Under the pieces are notes generated by a model. That model was not told the origin of the DNA. It worked only from the letters and a program-made list of their open reading frames with translations, and did no database searches. This document shows, one piece after another, positions 1 to 8,464 of a DNA stretch of 64,000 nt (position 1 is its first letter; the number at the start of each line of letters is the position of its first letter). This DNA comes from Gammaproteobacteria bacterium (GTDB taxonomy: Bacteria; Pseudomonadota; Gammaproteobacteria; Arenicellales; CAJQKF01). A program made the position numbers and the translations under genes. Where the stretch lies: assembly GCA_030429665.1 (NCBI GenBank), contig JAUIEZ010000004.1:3967-67966 (forward strand), given 5' to 3'.

Positions 1-1258
1 GCACCGGCAAGCCGAGCGTGTCCTTGATTTCCGGATGCAGGTCCACGCGATCGTTCTCGGTGGCGAAGTGCTCGCCGTAGGCGGATATGTTCGCGGTGTG
101 CCCGAAGGTGTCGGTCAGTGTTTCCAGCAGTTCGGCGCCGAACAGCGTGGGTCTCGCCAACCGTTGGCGATAAAGGTAGTAGGGGCCGAGCTCGGCGTTC
201 CTGAGCGCGATCACGTAACCGCCCGCGAAGCTTCGGGCGTCGTCATGGTCCCAGAAGTCCTGCACCTGGCCATTGATGTTGGGGCCCTTGTAACCGTCCA
301 CGCGATCGTCGAATACTGCGGTGACCTTGGCTTGCACGTGGGCGGAGAAGTAGCGTCCCACCAGGCCGGAGCTGTTGGCGAGCCCGTCGGGGTGATCGTG
401 GCGGGTCGACATCAGCAGCAGGCGCGGCGTTTCGATGGCATTGCCGCACAGCACGACGTTGCGTGCGTCCTGGTTGTGCAGCGCGCCGTCCGCGTCGAGA
501 TACTCGACCCCGGTGACGCGTCGCCCGTCGCGCGCCAGCAGGATGCGCACCGCGCTCGAGGCGATGCGCAGCTCGGCGCCGTGCGACGCGGCGTCGGCCA
601 GGTAGGTTTGCTGTGCGTTGCTGATCGCGCCGTGCATGCAACCGAACCAGCAGCCGCCGCAAAAGTTGCAGGGACCTCGCGCGCCGTCGGCCCGGGACAG
701 GATCGCCACGGGCGCATGGGCGGCATGCAGGCCCAGTCGATCGCAGCCTGCCTTGGCACGTTGCACCGCGCAGCTCATGGCGATCGGCGGGTTGGGGTAG
801 GGGGGTCTCGGCGGCTCGAAGGGGTTGTCCAGGGCGCCCGACACGCCCAGGCGCGATTCGACGCGGTCGTAATAGGGCGCGAGCTCGTCGTAGTCCAGCG
901 GCCAGTCGGCGGCCATCCCGAGCTGACTCCGCCGCTTCAGGTCCCCCGGGTGCATGCGCGGATAGAATCCCTCGTAATGCATGGTCGAACCGCCCACGCC
1001 CTTGAAGCGGCTGACCCGGAACCGCGGGTCGCAGTCCGCGTCATAGTGGACGCGGTCGGCGCCGTTGCTCGGCGGGAAGAAATCACGCAGGTGTTGTTCC
1101 CAGTCGTCCCGAATGGTGGGGATGTGCGACGGTCGCGTGGGTCGTCCCGACTCGAGAATCACCACCGATTGTCCTGCGGCGGCCAGGGTCGCGGCGACGA
1201 CCGAACCGCTGGCGCCCGAGCCCACCACGCACGTATCGACGGGTTTGACGGCGCTCAA
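1..1258 (-). CDS. GMC family FAD-dependent oxidoreductase, large subunit of a gluconate-2-dehydrogenase-like enzyme (3' end lies beyond the window)
   Basis: Not in the ORF track because it runs off the window. My minus-strand translation from TTG at 1258 reads (M)SAVKPVDTCVVGSGASGSVVAATLAAAGQSVVILESGR (GxGxxG FAD fold) and stays open to base 1. The TTG overlaps the TGA of the upstream small-subunit gene (TTGA). The 35..1300 + ORF is its antisense shadow. Confidence 0.8.
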   Translation of the reverse strand, partial: MSAVKPVDTCVVGSGASGSVVAATLAAAGQSVVILESGRPTRPSHIPTIRDDWEQHLRDFFPPSNGADRVHYDADCDPRFRVSRFKGVGGSTMHYEGFYPRMHPGDLKRRSQLGMAADWPLDYDELAPYYDRVESRLGVSGALDNPFEPPRPPYPNPPIAMSCAVQRAKAGCDRLGLHAAHAPVAILSRADGARGPCNFCGGCWFGCMHGAISNAQQTYLADAASHGAELRIASSAVRILLARDGRRVTGVEYLDADGALHNQDARNVVLCGNAIETPRLLLMSTRHDHPDGLANSSGLVGRYFSAHVQAKVTAVFDDRVDGYKGPNINGQVQDFWDHDDARSFAGGYVIALRNAELGPYYLYRQRLARPTLFGAELLETLTDTFGHTANISAYGEHFATENDRVDLHPEIKDTLGLPV

Positions 1259-1806
1259 GAGGCTTGTCCGGTGTTCGCCGCGCCGGCGCAGCGGGCATAG
1301 TCGGGATACCCCAGCGGCTGGGGTTTGCGATATCCCAGCGCGGCCCAGGAACCCGCGTCACCGAGGTAGAGCCGAACGGTGACGTGAAGTATCGACGCGA
1401 GTACTCTTGTCAGCGCGGGCTGCTCGGGGTCATCGAGCATGCGAAGCAAGGCGGCATCCCTGTCGGCGACAGGCAATTCCAGGAAGCGGGCGCGGCGCAT
1501 GATATCCACCAGGGTCCGTTGGTCTGCCGGCCGCCACCGGCGTTCCAGGTCGTCGATCAAGGATCGGTGTACGCCCAGCGCGACGGCGCCGGGATGCTCT
1601 CCCAGGGCGGGAACCATGCGGTCGCAAAGCTCGGTGACGACGGACTCCAGGGTATAGCCGTCCGCGCGCGACGGTCCCCACGATCCGATACCGCCGGCCG
1701 CCAGCGCGGCGCCGGCCAGCAATTGTCGTCGCCGCCGGGAAAAGAGAAGTCCGGCACCGGGAAGGCGCGACAGGTACGCGCGGATAGTTTTCTTCGGATC
1801 GTTCAA
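1255..1806 (-). CDS. gluconate 2-dehydrogenase subunit 3-like small subunit with a twin-arginine signal
   Basis: ORF 1255..1875 contains the Tat motif FSRRRRQLLAGAALAAGG. The track start (TTG 1875) overlaps the MFS gene and gives an over-long n-region. In-frame TTG at 1806 (LNDPKK...) is more plausible, but the start remains uncertain. Confidence 0.7.
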   Translation of the reverse strand: MNDPKKTIRAYLSRLPGAGLLFSRRRRQLLAGAALAAGGIGSWGPSRADGYTLESVVTELCDRMVPALGEHPGAVALGVHRSLIDDLERRWRPADQRTLVDIMRRARFLELPVADRDAALLRMLDDPEQPALTRVLASILHVTVRLYLGDAGSWAALGYRKPQPLGYPDYARCAGAANTGQAS

Positions 1807-1825
1807 GTCGTAGGCCCCTGGCCGA

Positions 1826-3037
1826 CTAGTCGTACCGATGGCCTGCGCGCAACCGGTGCAGCAGGTAGCCGGCAAGGGACAACGTCGCGCATGCGCTCAT
1901 GAACCCGATCATCGCGTAAGGCGTGCCGTTCTGCAACTCGCCAACCAACTGGCTGACGATAGCGGCAAGCAGCATTTGCATGAAACCGGATACCCCGGAA
2001 GCCGTGCCTGCCAGTGAGCGATCCACGCTCATGGCGCCGGCCATGGCATTGGGAATGCTCAGTCCATTGCCGAGCGCCGCCACCGACATGGGGGCGAACA
2101 GGGCGAGCGGCGTCCACGACCCGGCCGTCAGCCACACCAGGCAGGCCAGTATGGAAACCAGCGTCACCGTCGAGCCGAGGGTGACCAGTCGATGGATCCC
2201 CACCCGTCGCACCAGCCGCGCCGAGAGGAAGTTGCCGAACATGTACGATCCGGAAACGAGGATGAAATAAAGGCCGTACTCGGTCGCGCTTCGACCGAGG
2301 ATGTTCACCATGTAGTAGGGCGCTCCGGCGAGGAAGGAGAAGAAGGTGGCGATGGCGAAGGCGTTTTGCAGGCTGTACGACAGGAACAGCGGCCTGCGCA
2401 GCAGGCGAATCGCGCCCTCCACGAGGCCGATGCCGACGCCGCCTACATCGTGGGGCCGCGTTTCCACCAGTTGCCCGAGCGTCCAGGCGAACAGGACGGC
2501 GGCGAACAACGCCAACGCCACGAACACCGATCGCCACCCGATCGTGTCGACCAGCACGGCGCCGATGGTCGGCGCGATCATCGGCGCCACCACCATGGCC
2601 ATGGTCAGGTAGGCGATGGCGCGCGCGGCGCGGTCCGTGTCGAAAAGGTCGCGCAATATGGTCCGTGCCAGCACCATGCCGGACACGGAGCCGCCCGCCT
2701 GGAAAACCCTGGCGATGACCATGGTGTGAATACTCGGCGCCAGCATGGCGAAGACGCTGCCCGCCACGAACAGGGCCAGTCCTCCGATCAAGACGGGTCG
2801 TCGCCCGAAGCGGTCGGCCAGCGGGCCGTAGGCGAGCATGGCGAAGGCATTCGCAAGGATCGAAGCGGTCAGCGTGTACTGCGCTACGCCCGTGCTTACC
2901 GCGTAGTGTTGTTGTATCGCCGGGAGCGTGGGCAGGAAGATCTGCAGCGAGACGGGCGCCGCGGCGGTCAGCGCCACGAGCAGGAATAGCATCGATCTCG
3001 AGGGAGATCGAGGTTGATCGTCGGAGGACTGGTGCAA
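1826..3037 (-). CDS. MFS transporter, Bcr/CflA-type drug efflux family
   Basis: 403-aa ORF with 12-TM-like hydrophobic pattern and the MFS loop motif GPLADRFGRRPVL. Confidence 0.85.
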   Translation of the reverse strand: MHQSSDDQPRSPSRSMLFLLVALTAAAPVSLQIFLPTLPAIQQHYAVSTGVAQYTLTASILANAFAMLAYGPLADRFGRRPVLIGGLALFVAGSVFAMLAPSIHTMVIARVFQAGGSVSGMVLARTILRDLFDTDRAARAIAYLTMAMVVAPMIAPTIGAVLVDTIGWRSVFVALALFAAVLFAWTLGQLVETRPHDVGGVGIGLVEGAIRLLRRPLFLSYSLQNAFAIATFFSFLAGAPYYMVNILGRSATEYGLYFILVSGSYMFGNFLSARLVRRVGIHRLVTLGSTVTLVSILACLVWLTAGSWTPLALFAPMSVAALGNGLSIPNAMAGAMSVDRSLAGTASGVSGFMQMLLAAIVSQLVGELQNGTPYAMIGFMSACATLSLAGYLLHRLRAGHRYD

Positions 3038-3158
3038 ACTGTATGCCGGTGAGATGAGAATCGTCGAAGCGAGGAGAGGATGTTAGCCGATCATTGGCGC
3101 CGCACAAGCCCCGGCGAAGCGCGAGCCCGTGGAATTCACCGTTCCAGCACCTTCGCTG

Positions 3159-4346
3159 TCAGGCGACGCCGCTTTGTCTCAGGATGCCTCGGTAGATCTC
3201 GCGTTCGCCGATGACGCCCACCAGGCGGCCCTGTTCCGCCAGCATGACCAGGTGGCCGCAGGCCTCGCAATACTCGATCGCGGTTTTCATCAGCACGTCG
3301 GGGGAAAGCACGGGCACGCCCTCAAGGGGCTTGGGTACGTTGCCGTTGGCGGCGTCGAATGTCGTCACGGCAAGCGGGGCGCCGTCGCACGTCACCCGCT
3401 CGATGCCGCCGGCAAGGTCGAGCCTGGCGCGGTAGTTACCCTTGTCGTCGAGTACCAGCGAGTCGCCGTCGCGGGCGAGTTGCTCGATCGGCGTCATCAG
3501 CGACGCGCCGCGCAGCACGTTCAGCGGGTTCATATGGGCGACGAAGTCGGCCACGTACTGGTTGGCGGGCGAGAGGACGATGTCCTCGGGGGTGCCGAAC
3601 TGCACGATGCGGCCGCTCTCCATGATGGCGATGTGCGTGCCGATCTTGAGCGCCTCGTCGAGGTCGTGGCTGACGAACAGGATGGTCTTGTGCAGGCGGG
3701 TTTGCAGCGAAAGCAGCTCGTCCTGCAAGTGCGTCCGGATCAGCGGATCCAGCGCCGAGAACGGTTCGTCCATGAGCAGGATGTCGGCGTCGGTGGCGAA
3801 GGCGCGCGCCAGGCCCACGCGTTGCTGCATGCCCCCGGAGAGTTCGTGGGCATACTTGTCGCGCCACTGGTCGAGCCCCACCAGCTTGAGCTTCTCGTCC
3901 ACGACCTGCTGGCGTTCGCGGCGGTTCATGCCGCGCAGTTCGAGTCCCAGGCCGACGTTTTCCGACACCGTGCGCCAGGGCAGCAGGCCGAACTGCTGGA
4001 ACACCATGGCTACCCGGTTCATGCGCAGTCGACGCAGCGTGGTCGGGTCGCAGGAGGCCACGTCGACGAGCCGGTCGCCGTCGGACACCATGACCTCGCC
4101 GCGGGTTACCTTGTTCAATCCGTTGACCGCGCGCAGCAGCGTCGACTTGCCCGAGCCCGACAGTCCCATGAGCACGCAGATTTCGCCCGGCTCGACCTTG
4201 AGGTTGGCGCCGGCCACGCCGAGCACGATGCCGGTGGTTTCCAGGATCTGCTGGCGGTCGGCGCCGTCGTCGAGCATTCTGATCCCGGCCGCCGGGTTGT
4301 TGCCGAACAGGATGTCGACGTTCCTGAACTCGACCGCCGCGTTCAC
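3159..4346 (-). CDS. proV: glycine betaine/proline ABC transporter ATP-binding protein with C-terminal CBS domains
   Basis: Walker A GLSGSGKST, signature LSGGMQQRVGLARA, Walker B LLMDEPFSALD. The true start is GTG 4346 (VNAAVEFRNVDILFG...), overlapping the proW stop (GTGA). The track ORF 3159..4601 is over-extended. Confidence 0.9.
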   Translation of the reverse strand: MNAAVEFRNVDILFGNNPAAGIRMLDDGADRQQILETTGIVLGVAGANLKVEPGEICVLMGLSGSGKSTLLRAVNGLNKVTRGEVMVSDGDRLVDVASCDPTTLRRLRMNRVAMVFQQFGLLPWRTVSENVGLGLELRGMNRRERQQVVDEKLKLVGLDQWRDKYAHELSGGMQQRVGLARAFATDADILLMDEPFSALDPLIRTHLQDELLSLQTRLHKTILFVSHDLDEALKIGTHIAIMESGRIVQFGTPEDIVLSPANQYVADFVAHMNPLNVLRGASLMTPIEQLARDGDSLVLDDKGNYRARLDLAGGIERVTCDGAPLAVTTFDAANGNVPKPLEGVPVLSPDVLMKTAIEYCEACGHLVMLAEQGRLVGVIGEREIYRGILRQSGVA

Positions 4347-5200
4347 TTGCCGTCCTTGTTGTTGCGTCCGGCCTCGGGCTGCTTGCACACCCGGTCGAGC
4401 AGGATGGCGACGATCACGATGGCAAGCCCCGCCTCGAAGCCCTGGGCGATGTTCACGGTGTTGAGCGCCCGCAGCACCGGGATGCCGAGGCCGGGGGCAC
4501 CGACCATGGCGGCGATCACCACCATGGACAGCGACAGCATGATGCACTGGGTCACGCCCGCCATGATGGTCGGCATGGCATGCGGCAACTCGACTTTCCA
4601 AAGGAGTTGTCGGTGCGTGGCGCCGAACGACTCACCGGCCTCGCGCAGCGCCATCGGCACGCCCGAGACGCCGAGGTAGGTCAACCGGATCGGCGCGGGT
4701 ATCGCGAAGATCACGGTGGAGATGAGTCCCGGCACCAGGCCCAGCCCGAACATGATCATGGTGGGGATCAGGTAGACGAACGTCGGGATCGTCTGCATCA
4801 GGTCGAGCACCGGGCGAAGCGCCGAGTATAGCCAAGGCCGGTGCGCCGCCGCGATGCCGGTGGGCACGCCGATGACGATGCAGAAGACGGTCGAGAAGAT
4901 GACCAGGCCGAGGGTGTATATCGTCTCCTCCCAGTAGCCCAGGTTGATGACCAGGAGCAGCGTCAGGACGATCAGCCCCACCAGCTTCCACGAGCGGTGC
5001 AGGTACCATCCGATGCCGGCGAACACCGCCACCAGCACCAGCGCCGGCAACCACAGCATGGCTTCGATGAAGCCCTCGATGGCGGCGCCGAGGCCCTCGG
5101 AAAAGGCATCGAACAGCCACGCCATGTGGGTGAGCATCCAGTCGACGACGTCGGCGATCCAGCGACCGAGGGGGATCTTGTTGTCGGTGAGCCAATCCAT
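4343..5200 (-). CDS. proW: glycine betaine/proline ABC transporter permease
   Basis: 285-aa polytopic membrane ORF of the ProW/OpuAB type, lying between proX and proV. Confidence 0.9.
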   Translation of the reverse strand: MDWLTDNKIPLGRWIADVVDWMLTHMAWLFDAFSEGLGAAIEGFIEAMLWLPALVLVAVFAGIGWYLHRSWKLVGLIVLTLLLVINLGYWEETIYTLGLVIFSTVFCIVIGVPTGIAAAHRPWLYSALRPVLDLMQTIPTFVYLIPTMIMFGLGLVPGLISTVIFAIPAPIRLTYLGVSGVPMALREAGESFGATHRQLLWKVELPHAMPTIMAGVTQCIMLSLSMVVIAAMVGAPGLGIPVLRALNTVNIAQGFEAGLAIVIVAILLDRVCKQPEAGRNNKDGK

Positions 5201-5253
5201 TTAGGGCGGGGTTCCCGACCGCGACCCGGATCAGGGCGCGGGCGGGAAGGCGC

Positions 5254-6198
5254 TCACAGGCCCAGGTGCGACTTCACGGCGGCGAGTCCTTCTCCGCCGT
5301 CGAAGGTGGTCACGCCGGCCAGCCAGCCGTCGAGGACGTCCGGGTTTTTCTTCAGCCAATCGGCCGCGGCCTCGTTGGGGTCGGCGCCCTCGTCGAGGAT
5401 GGCGCCCATGATCTCGTTCTCCATGGCGAGGCTGAAGACGAGGTTTTGCAGCAGCTTGCCCACGTTGGGGCACGCCTCGCCGTACCCGGCGCGGGTATTC
5501 GTGAAAACCTCGGCGCCGCCGAAATTCGGCCCGAACCAGTCGTCGCCGCCGGCGAGGTAGGTGAGCTCGAAGTTGGCGTTCATCGGGTGCGGTTCCCAGC
5601 CGAGGAAGATCACCGGCTCGCCGCGGCGGTTGGCGCGCTGCACCTGGGCCAGCATGCCCTGCTCGCTGGACTCGACCACCTCGAAGCCCTCGAGCTCGAA
5701 GGCGTTTTGCGCGATCATGTCCTGGATCAGTCGATTGCCGTCGTTGCCCGGCTCGATACCGTAAATCTTGGCGTCGAGATCCTCGCGGATGCTGTTGATG
5801 TCGGCGAAATCGGCGACTCCCATCTCGGCGGCCTTGGCATTGGCGGCCAGCGTGTACTTGGCGCCGGTCAGATTGCGGGCGACGGTTTCCACCGTGCCTT
5901 TCTCCCGGTAGGGGGCGATGTCCGCCTCCATGGTGGGCATCCAGTTGCCGAGGAAGACGTCGATATCCTCATTCTCCAGGCTTGCGTAGGTCACCGGTAC
6001 GGACAACACGGTGGCGGAGGGCTCGTATCCCAGGCCTTCGAGCACCACCGAGGTGGCGGCGGTGGTGGCGGTGATGTCGGTCCAGCCCACATCGGAGAAA
6101 CGCACCTCCTTGCAGCTCTCCGGGTCCGCGGCCATCGACGCGCTTGCGGCCAGCACGAGGCCGGCGCCGGCGAGGGCGCTGAAAAACTTGCGTTGCAT
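5254..6198 (-). CDS. proX: glycine betaine ABC transporter substrate-binding protein
   Basis: Signal peptide MQRKFFSALAGAGLVLAASASMA, followed by the ProX/OpuAC-like motif VRFSDVGWTDITATTA. Confidence 0.9.
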   Translation of the reverse strand: MQRKFFSALAGAGLVLAASASMAADPESCKEVRFSDVGWTDITATTAATSVVLEGLGYEPSATVLSVPVTYASLENEDIDVFLGNWMPTMEADIAPYREKGTVETVARNLTGAKYTLAANAKAAEMGVADFADINSIREDLDAKIYGIEPGNDGNRLIQDMIAQNAFELEGFEVVESSEQGMLAQVQRANRRGEPVIFLGWEPHPMNANFELTYLAGGDDWFGPNFGGAEVFTNTRAGYGEACPNVGKLLQNLVFSLAMENEIMGAILDEGADPNEAAADWLKKNPDVLDGWLAGVTTFDGGEGLAAVKSHLGL

Positions 6199-6285
6199 GT
6201 TGCTCCTCCACGATTCTTTCGACGATTAGTCGACAGACTTTATCCCCCGGGAGGGGCAAAGGGCAAGTTGGCCGGGGCGGGAAGG

Positions 6286-6963
6286 TCAGCCGGTGGCGGC
6301 GACGAAAATGATCGAGACGGGCTTGCCGGTATCCGGATCGGGCGGTTCGTGCGTGGCGGTGAGCGCCATCGCGTGGTCGTCGAACAGGCGCCGCCAGCTC
6401 TCGAGGGTGCGGAAGTACCACGGCGCGGGATCGGTGAACTCGTCGGAAAAACCCTGCCAGGACCCGGCGTGCCAGCCGTCTTCGTAGGGCGCGTCGCCGC
6501 AGGCGGTCACCGGGTGCAGCGTCTGTACGATGAAGCACCCGCCGGCATCGACGAGCCGTCGCACCGCTCGAAACACGTCGCGGGTGGAGCGCTCGCCGAT
6601 CAGGGAGAAGTTGCACACGGCGGTGTCGAAGCGATCCTTGGCCGGCCAGGAACCCAGTTCGGCGTAGGACACGACGTCGAAACGTCCCCCCGCGCGTCGT
6701 GCGCTCCCGATCAGCGCTTCGGTAAAGTCGACGCCACGGGCGGCGATGCCGCGATCGGCGAGCGCGCGCACCAGCCAGCCCTCGCCGCAGCCGATGTCCA
6801 GTACCGTGGCCGGGTTGGTGTCGACGACGACATCGATGATGGCGCGGTCGGTTACCTGCCGCCGCGAAGCGATCCCGCCGCTGCGCACGGCGCGCGTCCA
6901 GGCCCCGGCGTTGGCGCGCCACGAGTCGGCGATGGCCCGCTCGCGGGCCTCGTCGCCGCTCAA
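6286..6963 (-). CDS. class I SAM-dependent methyltransferase
   Basis: SAM motif I VLDIGCGEGWL. 225 aa. Starts 13 nt downstream of the propeller gene. Confidence 0.8.
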   Translation of the reverse strand: MSGDEARERAIADSWRANAGAWTRAVRSGGIASRRQVTDRAIIDVVVDTNPATVLDIGCGEGWLVRALADRGIAARGVDFTEALIGSARRAGGRFDVVSYAELGSWPAKDRFDTAVCNFSLIGERSTRDVFRAVRRLVDAGGCFIVQTLHPVTACGDAPYEDGWHAGSWQGFSDEFTDPAPWYFRTLESWRRLFDDHAMALTATHEPPDPDTGKPVSIIFVAATG

Positions 6964-6976
6964 TGCCGGGGCGCCA

Positions 6977-7963
6977 TCACGGAATGTCGACCCGGGCGAG
7001 GAAGTTGGTGTCCTCGCCGAACCAGATCTCGCGCCTTTCCGGGTCGTAATGCATGTGGCGCACCGAGCCGCGCGCCTCGGGAATATCGGTTACGCTGGCG
7101 ACCTGCTTCGTCGACGTGTCGAAGCCCACCAGCCGGTTGGGCACGCCGCCCTCGGCGACCCACAGGATGCCCTCGTCATCCAGCGCCGTACCGTAGGGGC
7201 GCGCGGTCTCGCCGCCGGGCAGGAGCCATTCCTCGAAACCGCCGCCGACGGGATCGTATCGGCCCACGTGGCCGCCGGCGTAGTCGCCGTACCATACGGC
7301 ACCGTCGGGCGCGACCTCGAGTCGCCGCGGCCTCGCTTCGACGCGGGGCAACTCGACGGTGGAAAGGCTCATGTCGGCGGGATCAATCGTGGCTAGGTGG
7401 TGGGTGCCCAGCAGTGCGATCCAGGGCCGTCCGTCCGGTGCCATCGAGATACCGTAGGGTCGCGCGCGGTCGATGGGTACCTCCACCAGGTCGATTCGGC
7501 CGGAATCGCGGTGGAGTCGGCCGATGAAGTTGCCCCACTGGGTGGTAAACCAGATATGGCCGGCGTCGTCGAATACCAGCGTGTGCGGATCCTCGGCGGC
7601 GGGATTGGGCATTTCGTACTTCTCGACCTCCCCGGTGTCCGGATCGAGCCTGCCGATGTAGGGCCGGGTGTTCGCGGCGAACCACACCATGCCGTCATCG
7701 TCGACGATCAGGTTGTGCGGACCGGCGCCGTCGGCGAGATCGAACTTGTCGAACGATTCGCTGGCCGGATCGAATCGGGCCACGTAGCCGCCGGCCTGGC
7801 CGCAGAACCACACGTCGCCGTTCGGTGCGACGTACGGATCGCGCGGCCGGGAGTTCTCGTAGGGAACGCGCCATTCGTCGATGGCGGGGCCCTGCGCGGC
7901 AAGCGCGTTCAGGTTCGGCAATGTCAGGGCGACGGCCACGGCCGCCGCGGCGAGGTGTTTCAT
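6977..7963 (-). CDS. secreted Vgb (streptogramin lyase)-like beta-propeller repeat protein
   Basis: Repeated ~40-aa blades (PYGISMAPDGRPWIAL, PHNLIVDDDGMVWFA, PYGTALDDEGILWVAE). The likely start is MKHLAAAAVAVALTLPNLNALAAQ (signal peptide) at 7963 rather than the track start at 8011. Confidence 0.7.
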   Translation of the reverse strand: MKHLAAAAVAVALTLPNLNALAAQGPAIDEWRVPYENSRPRDPYVAPNGDVWFCGQAGGYVARFDPASESFDKFDLADGAGPHNLIVDDDGMVWFAANTRPYIGRLDPDTGEVEKYEMPNPAAEDPHTLVFDDAGHIWFTTQWGNFIGRLHRDSGRIDLVEVPIDRARPYGISMAPDGRPWIALLGTHHLATIDPADMSLSTVELPRVEARPRRLEVAPDGAVWYGDYAGGHVGRYDPVGGGFEEWLLPGGETARPYGTALDDEGILWVAEGGVPNRLVGFDTSTKQVASVTDIPEARGSVRHMHYDPERREIWFGEDTNFLARVDIP

Positions 7964-8073
7964 GGCTACGCTCCCGTCCCGTCGCGGGACCATGTTGCAC
8001 GAGGACCGCATCGTAGCAGCAGGTTGCCGGGGCGGTAAGTGACCGATTGGTCATCGCAAGCCGTTCTCGGCGA

Positions 8074-8460
8074 TCAGTCCTGTTCTTCCTCCGGCCCGCT
8101 CGAATCGCCGTCGAGCAACGATTTCAGGTTAGCGAACGGCTTGTGCTTGGTGCCGCCGCCGCGCGTGTTCCCGGATCCCGCCTGCGCGTCGAGCATGCGC
8201 CGATGCTCGTTGTCGTGGCAGTACACGCAAAGCAACTCCCAGTTGCTGCCGTCTTCCGGGTTGTTGTCGTGGTCATGGTCGCGGTGATGCACGGTGAGTT
8301 CGCGCACGTTCGAATGATCGAACTCGCGACCGCAGCGGCCGCACACCCACGGGTACATTTTCAGCGCGCGCTCGCGGTAACCCTGCTCCCGCAGCAGCCT
8401 GGCCTGCTGGGCGGCCGCGACGACCGCGTCGATGTCGCTCTTGCCGCGTTTGGCGGCCAC
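8074..8460 (-). CDS. yajD: YajD-family HNH endonuclease-fold protein
   Basis: REKALKMYPWVCGRCGREF...LTVHHRDHDHDNNPEDGSNWELLCVYCHDNEH closely matches the E. coli YajD pattern. GTG 8460 start is 5 nt after the upstream stop. Confidence 0.85.
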   Translation of the reverse strand: MAAKRGKSDIDAVVAAAQQARLLREQGYRERALKMYPWVCGRCGREFDHSNVRELTVHHRDHDHDNNPEDGSNWELLCVYCHDNEHRRMLDAQAGSGNTRGGGTKHKPFANLKSLLDGDSSGPEEEQD

Positions 8461-8464
8461 GGCG

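Noticed and set aside
8074-8460. HNH nuclease as a possible anti-phage defence or mobile-element component.
   Set aside because: The sequence matches the small, widely conserved YajD family. It is embedded in a metabolic operon context, with no partner genes typical of defence systems or homing elements.
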